Below, one piece after another: positions 5,228-12,947 of a DNA stretch of 32,000 nucleotides. The first letter of the stretch is position 1; each line of letters begins with the position of its first letter. The DNA comes from Planctomycetales bacterium (lineage in GTDB: Bacteria > 4484-113 > JAFGCY01): assembly GCA_022646745.1 (NCBI GenBank), contig CP060262.1, positions 1,920,001 through 1,952,000 of the forward strand, read 5' to 3'. Position numbers and translations under genes: made by a program. The notes under the pieces were generated by a model. It ran no database searches and was not told the origin of the DNA. It saw nothing but the letters and a program-made list of their open reading frames with translations.

Positions 5228-8017
5228 TCAGGGGCTGACCGGTTCGAGGATGTTCCTTCCGTAGATGATCCGGCCCTGGCTGTCCACGAAGGAATCGCCG
5301 TTCTCGACCTGGTCGTTGATCTGGTGCTCCCAGAGGAGCGATCCGCCCGAATCAAGCAGCATGAGCCAGTGATTGCTGGTCACAAGCACATTGCCAGACT
5401 GGTCAGGAGTCAAACCGTATGGCTTTGCTCCCTGGCTGAAAGAAGTACTCCAGATGAATTCACCAGCCGGGCTGACCCTGTATGCACTGTCGTTATCCGC
5501 GACAAGCAGGCTGCCATCGAGCCAGATCACCGGGGATCTGTAAGAGTGGATACCCTCGAGTTCGTAGGTCCAGCGAAGTTGTCCCGCTGGGTCCAGAGAA
5601 ACGAGGCCGGTATTCATCAAGGTGAAGTAGATATTGCCCTGCAGGTCGATACCGCACTCCCGTGCGATCTTCTCGTCTGCTTCGTAGTCCCATAGCCGGT
5701 TTCCGGAAGCATCTAGGGCGTGCAGCCGGCCGTCCACATCGACAACATAGATCTCCCCGCTGAGTGACTGGGAAGGTGACAGCTCCAGCCTGGCAATCTG
5801 ATTGCTCATCCAGACAAGGTTGCCATCCAGGCTGATGCAGTAGACGCGGCCATCGACACAAGCCTGCAGCAAGTTGCCATCGATGGCAGGAACTGGCCCG
5901 GCAACCAGGGGGCCGCCAGCCTTGTAGGCCCATTTCTGGTTGCCATCCTCGTCCAGGGCGTACAGGTTGAAATCTTCACAGGAAACGTAAACCGTGCCGT
6001 CTGGACCGGCATAGGGGGACTGGCCAATGTTGGACGGGAAGGTCTTGCTCCAGGCATCACTCAGGTCACTGTTCAGCACACGGATGGTCGAGGCCACACT
6101 GCTGATGATGCGGCCATTTCCATCCATCACCTGCTCGAACCCCGCAGCGCCTGAATTGAAGTCCTGCTCGAGCACCCGCTGGATGTTTCCAAGCGGAAAC
6201 AGGTTGCCGGTTTGCCCGGTATGCCTGCCGTCGTAACCACTGGTTGGCCGGGGTGACGATGCTGGCTGCGGGTTGACCAGCACAGTGGCCTGCGCTGAGG
6301 ACTGCCAGCCGCGACTGTCAAACGCGATCACCTTGGCCTGCGGAGCACCGGCTTGTTCGAATACATGTTCTACAACCGCCTCGGTGCCTGTGCTGTCGAT
6401 GGTGCCATCGCCATCAAAGTCCCAGCCATAGCTGGCAATGGCATCGTCCGGTGAGGTTGAAGCCGATGCATCAAGCGTGTATGTGCCTCCGGCAAATCCA
6501 TAGGGGGGATTGACTGCCAGGACGACCTCCGGCAGCTGGCCCTGGACGATGACCTGCGTGTAATCGCGGTCCCACAGGCCGTCGTTGTCAATCACTCGCA
6601 GCTGCGGCTTCAATCCCAGCGGCCCGGTTGCGGTCTCCAGCAGCAGCGGATACTGCAAGTACTGGAGTGACTGGGCATCCCAGACATCAAAGATCCCATC
6701 GCCATCAAGGTCCCAGCCGCTGCCAACGATTGTCCCGTCTGCATCGGTGCTGGCTGATCCATCGAACAGCACATCCAGGGGAGGGACGCCATAGTTCGGA
6801 TCACAGGATGCATCGGCCTGAGGCCGCTGGCCCTCAGTGACAATGAGCGTTGCTCCGCTGAGCCAGACGGAGTCACCAGCCTTGGCGCGCACGGTGATCC
6901 TGCACACACCTGGGCTTGTGGTATCAGGCAGGTATGTGCCGGAGGATGCAGTTTCCGCCAGTCTCGGGTCGCCATCAAGGGCAAACTGGTATTCTTCTGC
7001 CCCGCTGGCCAGCAGTGCCGTTGAAAAACCCGCCGGTACATCATTGCTCTGCACAATCAGGCCGAATTCCATGACACTCTCCGGCAGGGAAGCTGCGAAC
7101 AGCATCTCTCCCGGTTCGGAAACATTGCCATTGTGATCAACCGACTGGATCCGCAAGTAACGTCCGTCGGGATACGCAGGCATGATCAGCCCCGGATATC
7201 TGGCCAGGCCTGGAATCTGCTTCACCCCGGGAGAATCTGTCCTGTGGAAAGGCAATGCACTGTGGCTGACAAGATAGCCGGCCACGTCTTCATCAGCTGG
7301 TGCCAGCCACGAGATCTCAGAACCTCCGGCCACCGGCTTTGCATCACCGCCGGTCGGGGCTGCCGGTTCGGCCTTGTCAGAGTTGTCAAGTGGGACCACG
7401 CCGATGCCGACAAGGTCCAGCGGATTGCTGGAGCTGACATTGATGGCAATGAAGCAGTTTCCGGAGCTGGAAAGGTAGTCGGCCCCGGCCTGGACGTTGC
7501 TTGCGGGAGCCAGCACGAGGTGCGGCTGATCGAACGGGCCATACCAGTCCCACCTGCCAGTGGCATAGTTGGCAATCGCCACGCTGTATCCGGAGCCGGA
7601 CTGCTGCGATCCGAGGGGATAGTTCACGTCGATGCCAAGGCTGCCGGGCTGCTGGCCTGACAGGGGGATACGGTAAAGGGCCCAGCTTGATTCGCCAAAT
7701 TCAGGGGCAAGCCTGGCAGCTTCTCCTGCTTCATCCACATCTGGGGAGGCAAGGAACCAGTCCTTGCCGAAACTGTATTGTTCCTCTGACGAAGTAGCAC
7801 TGGATCCGCGAATGCCGTAGGTGTCCACTTCCCAGGGCTGCAAACCATCGGTTGGCAGGGCAGTCGGGAATGCGACCGACGCAGGCGTACCGGTATCGGC
7901 GGCAGGCGCATTGGCGAAAGGCAGTTCGTTGATTTCGGCAGGAATGGTACCTGCGCTGCCGCAGGCTGCCACAAGCAGGCAGGCAATCAAGCCCGTGCAG
8001 ATTCTTGCACTTCTCAT
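5228..8017 (-). CDS. Exported lipoprotein with PKD-like modules and a C-terminal PQQ-like (BamB-like) beta-propeller
   Basis: 929 aa. Signal plus lipobox LLVAAC (Cys19). PKD-like segments (DGSASTDADGTIVGSGWDLDGDG; LDASASTSPDDAIASYGWDFDGDG). Repeated propeller blades (LYALDEDGNQKWAY, VYCISLDGNLVWM, LHALDASGNRLWDY, LVSLDPAGQLRWTY, LMLLDSGGSLLWEH). SD AGGGGAA before the ATG. Confidence 0.85.
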   Translation of the reverse strand: MRSARICTGLIACLLVAACGSAGTIPAEINELPFANAPAADTGTPASVAFPTALPTDGLQPWEVDTYGIRGSSATSSEEQYSFGKDWFLASPDVDEAGEAARLAPEFGESSWALYRIPLSGQQPGSLGIDVNYPLGSQQSGSGYSVAIANYATGRWDWYGPFDQPHLVLAPASNVQAGADYLSSSGNCFIAINVSSSNPLDLVGIGVVPLDNSDKAEPAAPTGGDAKPVAGGSEISWLAPADEDVAGYLVSHSALPFHRTDSPGVKQIPGLARYPGLIMPAYPDGRYLRIQSVDHNGNVSEPGEMLFAASLPESVMEFGLIVQSNDVPAGFSTALLASGAEEYQFALDGDPRLAETASSGTYLPDTTSPGVCRITVRAKAGDSVWLSGATLIVTEGQRPQADASCDPNYGVPPLDVLFDGSASTDADGTIVGSGWDLDGDGIFDVWDAQSLQYLQYPLLLETATGPLGLKPQLRVIDNDGLWDRDYTQVIVQGQLPEVVLAVNPPYGFAGGTYTLDASASTSPDDAIASYGWDFDGDGTIDSTGTEAVVEHVFEQAGAPQAKVIAFDSRGWQSSAQATVLVNPQPASSPRPTSGYDGRHTGQTGNLFPLGNIQRVLEQDFNSGAAGFEQVMDGNGRIISSVASTIRVLNSDLSDAWSKTFPSNIGQSPYAGPDGTVYVSCEDFNLYALDEDGNQKWAYKAGGPLVAGPVPAIDGNLLQACVDGRVYCISLDGNLVWMSNQIARLELSPSQSLSGEIYVVDVDGRLHALDASGNRLWDYEADEKIARECGIDLQGNIYFTLMNTGLVSLDPAGQLRWTYELEGIHSYRSPVIWLDGSLLVADNDSAYRVSPAGEFIWSTSFSQGAKPYGLTPDQSGNVLVTSNHWLMLLDSGGSLLWEHQINDQVENGDSFVDSQGRIIYGRNILEPVSP

Positions 8018-8180
8018 CTGTTTCCCCTACAGGCAGCTTACTGCCCCAGTGATCATTCCCAATCAGGACCTGCCTGCCCGCCGGCTTCCCGTTCACGGCA
8101 GGCGCCTCCCGCTGCGGGTGCAGCCCGGGCAGGTCCATACATTATAGGGACGAGGGGGCGGGGAAAGGGTTACAGGAAGT

Positions 8181-8236
8181 GGTCAGCGGTCAGTAGTCAG
8201 TGGTCAATGGGCAGAATCAGAATGAGAAACAGAAGC
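8181..8236. repeat. Heptanucleotide tandem tract (unit GGTCAGT, drifting)
   Basis: In-register heptamers: ggtcagc ggtcagt agtcagt ggtcaat gggcaga atcagaa tgagaaa cagaagc. The tract is directly followed by REP-like copy 3. Confidence 0.75.
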
Positions 8237-8237
8237 A

Positions 8238-8301
8238 GGGGGAGCCGCGTAGCGAAGCTGCGCTGGCTTTGTCGGAAGTTCTTGCGCAGCTTCATCCCGC
8301 C
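8238..8301 (+). repeat. REP-like hairpin element, copy 3
   Basis: gggggagccgcgtagcgaagctgcgctggctttgtcggaagttcttgcgcagcttcatcccgcc is collinear with copy 2. The stem is retained despite substitutions (gcgtagc-gaa-gctgcgc, one G-T wobble). Confidence 0.6.
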
Positions 8302-8455
8302 ACGGCGTGATTGCGCAACGCAGTTCCGTGGCGCGACGGACATCGGGCTTCCGCCTACCGCTGAAGCGGATAGCTCCGTTGTGCGACATGCGCCGCACCT
8401 CAGGAAGGAGGCCAAGCCGTTTGCTTGGCAATTGCCAGGCTGACAGCCTGGCCTC

Positions 8456-9334
8456 CTACAGCGGGTCGGTGTCGGAGAGCAGGATTGACAACAGGCGCTC
8501 GAGGTCCTCGTCGCCGTGGTAGCTGATGTTGATGCTGCCGTTGCCGGCCTGCTCGCTCAGGCGCACGCGCGTGCCGAGGTGCTCCATCAGGCGGCTCTCA
8601 GCCTGCTTCAGGCGGCTCGGCTCACTCGGTTTGACAACGAGCTTCTTGCGCGGCCGGCGGATCGGCTGGCGGTTGGCGGCCTCGGCGGCGCGGCGTTCCA
8701 GCTCGCGCACGCTCCAGCCCTCACGGGCGCAGGTCTCGGCGATCTCCTCGCGCTGCTCACCGGGGAAGCTGAGGATCGAGCGGCCGTGCCCGGCACTGAT
8801 GCGGCTGTCGCGCACCAGCTGCTTGACCTTGTCGCTGAGCTCCAGCAGGCGCAGGGTGTTGCTCACCGCCGGGCGGCTCTTGCCGATCACCTCGGCGAGC
8901 TGGCTTGTGGTGTATGCGTAGCGGTTCTGCAGGTTCTCCAGCGCTTCCGCGACTTCGATCTCGTTTAAGTCAGCGCGGATCAGGTTCTCGACGAGTGACA
9001 GCTCCTGCAGCTGGCGGTCGGAGAAGTCGCGCACGATGGCCTGGATCGAGGTATGGCCGAGGTCGCGGCAGGCGCGCAGGCGGCGCTCACCGGTCACCAG
9101 CTGGTAGCGGCCGTTGTCACCTTCGCGCACCGTGACCGGCTGCAGCAGGCCCTGGCTGCGGATGCTGGCCCGCAGTTCGTTCAGTTCCTCCTGGTCGAAC
9201 TCGCGTCGGGGCTGGAAGGGGTTGGCGTCAATCTGCGCGATGCGCAGGTCGAGGATCTTCTCGCCGTCCTTCAGCGGTCCCGCCGCCGGTATCAGTTCCG
9301 CCAGGCCCTTGCCCAGTCCGCGTTTCCTGCTCAT
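8456..9334 (-). CDS. parB: Chromosome partitioning protein ParB (Spo0J)
   Basis: 292 aa. N-terminal [10 protein letters not shown] box, ParB-box [11 protein letters not shown], and [33 protein letters not shown] overlap with parA. Confidence 0.92.
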   Translation of the reverse strand: MSRKRGLGKGLAELIPAAGPLKDGEKILDLRIAQIDANPFQPRREFDQEELNELRASIRSQGLLQPVTVREGDNGRYQLVTGERRLRACRDLGHTSIQAIVRDFSDRQLQELSLVENLIRADLNEIEVAEALENLQNRYAYTTSQLAEVIGKSRPAVSNTLRLLELSDKVKQLVRDSRISAGHGRSILSFPGEQREEIAETCAREGWSVRELERRAAEAANRQPIRRPRKKLVVKPSEPSRLKQAESRLMEHLGTRVRLSEQAGNGSINISYHGDEDLERLLSILLSDTDPL

Positions 9335-10104
9335 TGCGTGCCTTCCATCCTGTCTATCAGTTCCCGTGCCGCGGCCCGGTAGGCCTGCGCCCCGCTGCCT
9401 TCCGGATCGTGCACCGTGATCGGGGCGGCGTGGCTCGGGGCCTCCGCCAGCCTGACCGACCGGGGCACCAGTGTCTCGAAGACATGGCCCGGGAAGTTGC
9501 TGCGGACCTCCTCCACCACATCGCGGCTGAGGTTGGTCCGTGAGTCATACATTGTAAGCAATGCCCCGGCCACGTCCAGCTGCTGGTTCAGCGCTGAGCG
9601 GATCCGGCCGATGGTGTCGGTCAGCTTGGCCAGTCCGGCCAGGGCGTAGAACTCGCACTGCACCGGGATCACCACATGGCTGGAGGCCACGAGGGCGTTC
9701 AGGGTCAGCAGGCCGAGGCTTGGGGGGCAGTCGATGATCACGTAGTCATGCGGCAGCTCGGCGCGGTCCAGTGCGCGCCTGAGCGCATACTCGCGCGCCA
9801 GTGCACTGACGAGCTCGAGCTCCGCCGCTGAAAGGTCAATATGTGAAGGGGCCACGTCCAGGCGTTCGAAGCTGGAGGCGCGCATCACCTCAGCCAGCGG
9901 CACGCCGTCCATCAGCACGTTGTAGATGGATTCACCGCTGCCGACTTCCACCCCGACACCGGCCGAGGCATTGGCCTGCGGGTCGAGGTCAATCAGCAGC
10001 ACGCGCCGCCCCTCGGCCGCAAGCGCAGCCGCGAGGTTGATTGAAGTCGTGGTTTTCCCTACTCCGCCTTTCTGGTTGGCCACGGAGATCACATGTGGCA
10101 TCAC
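9331..10104 (-). CDS. parA: Chromosome partitioning ATPase ParA (Soj)
   Basis: 257 aa. Deviant Walker A in [24 protein letters not shown] and Walker B-like VLLIDLDPQ. The listed start 10104 is GTG, immediately followed by ATG at 10101, which may be the real start. Confidence 0.93.
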   Translation of the reverse strand: MMPHVISVANQKGGVGKTTTSINLAAALAAEGRRVLLIDLDPQANASAGVGVEVGSGESIYNVLMDGVPLAEVMRASSFERLDVAPSHIDLSAAELELVSALAREYALRRALDRAELPHDYVIIDCPPSLGLLTLNALVASSHVVIPVQCEFYALAGLAKLTDTIGRIRSALNQQLDVAGALLTMYDSRTNLSRDVVEEVRSNFPGHVFETLVPRSVRLAEAPSHAAPITVHDPEGSGAQAYRAAARELIDRMEGTQ

Positions 10105-10177
10105 GCGATTATAGCGCCGGTTTCACGCGGCCATTCCAGCCTGAATCAGCCAGCATGTAAAATCAGGACAGGTCCGC

Positions 10178-11008
10178 ATGACCGAGGTGGAGAAACGAGA
10201 AATGAGCACGGAGCAGTACTTCCGGCAGGAACTGGACAGCGATACCGGCGTGATGACGCTCACGATGGAGCGGCCGGACAACAACCGCAACCAGATCAAT
10301 ACCATCCTGCTCGAGCAGCTGCGCGACATCCTCATGCCTGAGCTGAGCTATCCGCGCCTGCGAGGGATGGTGATCATCAGCGGCTATGAGAAGGTGTTCT
10401 CCACCGGCGCCGACATTGATGGCGACCTCGGGCTGGTCGGCGACGCCGGCGCGCACCGCTTCGTCAAACTCGGCAGCGATGTGTTCCAGATGCTCAATTC
10501 ACTGCGCTGCATGACGGTCAGCTGCATCGCCGGCTTCGCGCTGGGCGGCGGGCTGGAGCTGGCACAGGCCACGGACTTCCGCATTTCGACGGCTAATGCA
10601 CGGCTCGGCCAGCCGGAGATCAACCTCGGGATGATCCCGGGCTGGGGTGGCACGCAGCGCCTGCCGCGCCTGATCGGGCCGCAGCGTGCGCGCTGGATGA
10701 TGTACAGCGGCGAACCGATCACCGGCAAGACTGGCCAGGAATGGGGCCTGATCGACGAGGTGGTGGAAAGCTACGGCGAGCTTTTGCCAGCGGCGCAGAA
10801 GATGCTAGCCAAGCTGCTGACCAAGAGCAGCCGTGCACTGGCCGCCGCCAAGCGTGCGATGAACGTCGGCACTGAGATGTCCCTGCGCGACGGGCTGGAC
10901 TACGAGGTTGAGGTGTTCAGCAACTGCTGGAGCACCCCGGACCGCAAGGAAGGCTTCGCGGCGCACTTCGAGAAGCGCAAGCCGGTCTGGCCGGGCTATC
11001 CCGACTAG
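10178..11008 (+). CDS. Enoyl-CoA hydratase/isomerase (crotonase) family protein
   Basis: 276 aa. Crotonase-fold core FSTGADI...AGFALGGGLELAQATDFRISTANARLGQPEINLGMIPGWGGTQRLPRLIG. Confidence 0.88.
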   Translation: MTEVEKREMSTEQYFRQELDSDTGVMTLTMERPDNNRNQINTILLEQLRDILMPELSYPRLRGMVIISGYEKVFSTGADIDGDLGLVGDAGAHRFVKLGSDVFQMLNSLRCMTVSCIAGFALGGGLELAQATDFRISTANARLGQPEINLGMIPGWGGTQRLPRLIGPQRARWMMYSGEPITGKTGQEWGLIDEVVESYGELLPAAQKMLAKLLTKSSRALAAAKRAMNVGTEMSLRDGLDYEVEVFSNCWSTPDRKEGFAAHFEKRKPVWPGYPD

Positions 11009-11011
11009 GCG

Positions 11012-11968
11012 ATGCCGGTCCAGCTGTTCGCGGCGCGCGACCCGCTGATCCTCGACGAGGCCGTCAGTGCCGTGTTGCCAAAAGGGGTCGAGCCGGAGCG
11101 CCACTACGCAGCCGAGCTGAATGCGGACACGGTGTTCAACCAGCTCGGCAGCGGCGACCTGTTCGCTTCCGAGAAGTGCTTCATCTACGTTGACATCCTC
11201 GACATGAAGCCGGGCAAGCGCGACAGCGAGCGCATCACGGAGATCCTCGCCAAGCTGCCGGCGGAGACCACGCTTATCTGCACGCAGCTGTTCAGCGATC
11301 CCGAGAAGCGCAGTGACGAGGACCGCCGGCTGAAGACCCAGGCCTTCACGCTCTGGCAGAAGGCCGGCAAGTACCACGACCTGCGCCGCCAGGGCGAGGG
11401 TGACAACGGGGTGCGCTGGCTGGCGGCACGGGCCCGGCAGCACTACAACCTTGAACTTGGCAACGCCCAGGCGATGCAGCTGCTGCACCTGGCGACTGAC
11501 CAGCTGGCGCTGGCGGATGCGGAACTGGCCAAGCTGGCACTGGCACTGGATGGCGGTGGCCGGGTGACGGATGAGCTGCTGCGCGAGACCGTGCAGGGCA
11601 GCCCGGCGGCGAAGTTCTATGAAATGGCGGACGCGGTCACCTTGTGCCGTGGGGATGCGCAGCGCCTGCTCTCGGACTGGTTCCGCAGTACCGGCGACAC
11701 CTTCCGGCTCGTCAACGAGCTGAAGCGCCGCTTCAGCGGGATGCGTACGCTCAGGCGTGGCGGCAATGTCTACCCGCCCTTCTTCGCGCGCTCACTGCAG
11801 CAGTTCCAGCGGCATTACCCGGACCGGCGTTTCAATGCGGCGGTCGGGCTGCTGGCCCAGCTTGAGCAGGACCTCAAGGGGGGGATGTACGCCGGGGCCA
11901 GCTCGAAGGATGCGGAGTTCACGGCGTTGCAGGTGTTCACGGCCGACCTTGCGGCACTGCCGCGCTGA
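11012..11968 (+). CDS. holA: DNA polymerase III delta subunit
   Basis: 318 aa. It starts 3 nt after the crotonase stop. The central segment GVRWLAARARQHYNLELGNAQAMQLLHLATDQLALADAELAKLALAL parallels E. coli HolA LPRWVAARAKQLNLELDDAANQVLCYCYEGNLLALAQALERLSLL (recalled from memory). Length and layout fit. Confidence 0.75.
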   Translation: MPVQLFAARDPLILDEAVSAVLPKGVEPERHYAAELNADTVFNQLGSGDLFASEKCFIYVDILDMKPGKRDSERITEILAKLPAETTLICTQLFSDPEKRSDEDRRLKTQAFTLWQKAGKYHDLRRQGEGDNGVRWLAARARQHYNLELGNAQAMQLLHLATDQLALADAELAKLALALDGGGRVTDELLRETVQGSPAAKFYEMADAVTLCRGDAQRLLSDWFRSTGDTFRLVNELKRRFSGMRTLRRGGNVYPPFFARSLQQFQRHYPDRRFNAAVGLLAQLEQDLKGGMYAGASSKDAEFTALQVFTADLAALPR

Positions 11969-12562
11969 TCAGGCCGGCTCGTCGGCGTCCATGTCCGGCA
12001 TCATCATGCAGAAGTCGCCGGCCTCCACGTCGCTCTTCGCGGTCTCGATGCTCAGGTTGCGGCGGCCCTTTGTCTCCGGCAGCAGGTTGCCGCGGATCCA
12101 CTGCTCGCTCATGAACAGGTGGCGGTAGCTGCGGCGCAGGTGCACGATCACCATCACGTAGATCCCGGTGACTGCGATCACGGCGAGTGCGGTCATCACG
12201 CCGCTCTGGAAGTCGTCCATCGTGCCACCGTTGCGGTAGGCACTGAACTTCTGGTCGATGCGGGAGAACTTGTCGATCAGTACCTGCACCCAGGGGATCA
12301 GCGGCGTGATGCCGGAGAGCCAGATCGCCCAGCGCTTGACGTAGAGGATGCCGAGCCCGCCGAGGAAGCAGGCCATCGGCACGAACACCAGGTTCAGCAG
12401 CACCATGAAGGCGCCGAGCCCGGTCTTGGTCTGGTTGTAGAGCGCGCCCTGGTCGAACTCGAAGAATGAGTTGAGCATCCAGACGAAGCCCGTGATGAAC
12501 AGGATGGTGGCCGGGAACTTGGCCCAGCGCAGCGCCTCTCGCTTGTGGTCTCGCACCAGCAT
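11969..12562 (-). CDS. Hypothetical multi-pass membrane protein
   Basis: 197 aa from ATG 12562 (MLVRDHKREALRW...). Three to four hydrophobic helices and an acidic C-terminus. The longer track ORF (to 12730) would translate the heptamer repeat tract and is not preferred. Confidence 0.6.
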   Translation of the reverse strand: MLVRDHKREALRWAKFPATILFITGFVWMLNSFFEFDQGALYNQTKTGLGAFMVLLNLVFVPMACFLGGLGILYVKRWAIWLSGITPLIPWVQVLIDKFSRIDQKFSAYRNGGTMDDFQSGVMTALAVIAVTGIYVMVIVHLRRSYRHLFMSEQWIRGNLLPETKGRRNLSIETAKSDVEAGDFCMMMPDMDADEPA

Positions 12563-12590
12563 GCGAAGTAGATTGTAACGCTGGATGGGG

Positions 12591-12774
12591 GGAGGTTGGA
12601 GTTTGGAGCTTGGAGGTTGGAATTTGGAGGTTGGAGGTTGGAGTGGGGAGGTTGGAGAAGCAATGAGTGGGGAACAATGAGCAATGAGACTGACCCAGGC
12701 AGAGGTCACCTCGGAGTCGGCCTGCCTCATTGCTCACTCTTCATTGCTCATTACTACTCCAACCTCCCCACTCC
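12591..12774. repeat. Heptanucleotide tract (14 units GGAGGTT then CAATGAG) plus an inverted 7-unit copy: long imperfect hairpin
   Basis: 12591-12688 is 14 in-register heptamers: ggaggtt ggagttt ggagctt ggaggtt ggaattt ggaggtt ggaggtt ggagtgg ggaggtt ggagaag caatgag tggggaa caatgag caatgag. After a 37-nt spacer, 12726-12774 carries the reverse-complement units: ctcattg ctcactc ttcattg ctcatta ctactcc aacctcc ccactcc. Confidence 0.85.
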
Positions 12775-12780
12775 GAACTG

Positions 12781-12807
12781 AAAAGGGGAGGGCCGTAGCC
12801 CTCCCCC
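12781..12807 (-). terminator. Intrinsic terminator of the 958-aa lipoprotein gene
   Basis: On the minus strand: GGGGAGGG-CTACGG-CCCTCCCC followed by TTTT (plus-strand stem 12785-12792 / 12799-12806, A-run 12781-12784). It lies about 140 nt 3' of the stop at 12948. Confidence 0.7.
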
Positions 12808-12947
12808 TTAGGTGGACGGAGTTGTTTCCGTTGCGGTTGCCAGACTTTCGCCTGACCTCCGCCTCCCGTTCGTTCAGCGTGACCCGACGAAACAGGCTTT
12901 CGCCGCAGCGCTGGACCGCCGCACGCTTGCGCGAGGCGGAAGATCGA

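Noticed and set aside
8197-8443. Three overlapping 72-78-aa ORFs in the parB-downstream spacer.
   Set aside because: They lie entirely within REP-like and hairpin sequence, overlap one another in different frames, and have no SD or motifs.
10120-10127. GTTTCACG upstream of parA, which is half of the canonical parS palindrome TGTTNCACGTGAAACA.
   Set aside because: Only one half-site is present and the second half reads CGGCCATT. GTGAAACA at about 2206 is likewise an isolated half. No full parS was found by eye. A computed scan allowing mismatches is still needed.
12563-12730. N-terminal 56-codon extension of the membrane-protein ORF, giving a 7-residue-periodic P/S/T-rich segment.
   Set aside because: The extension is exactly the heptamer tract and part of the long inverted repeat. 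The internal ATG at 12562 gives a normal membrane-protein N-terminus. The extension is kept only as an alternative that proteomics could revive.
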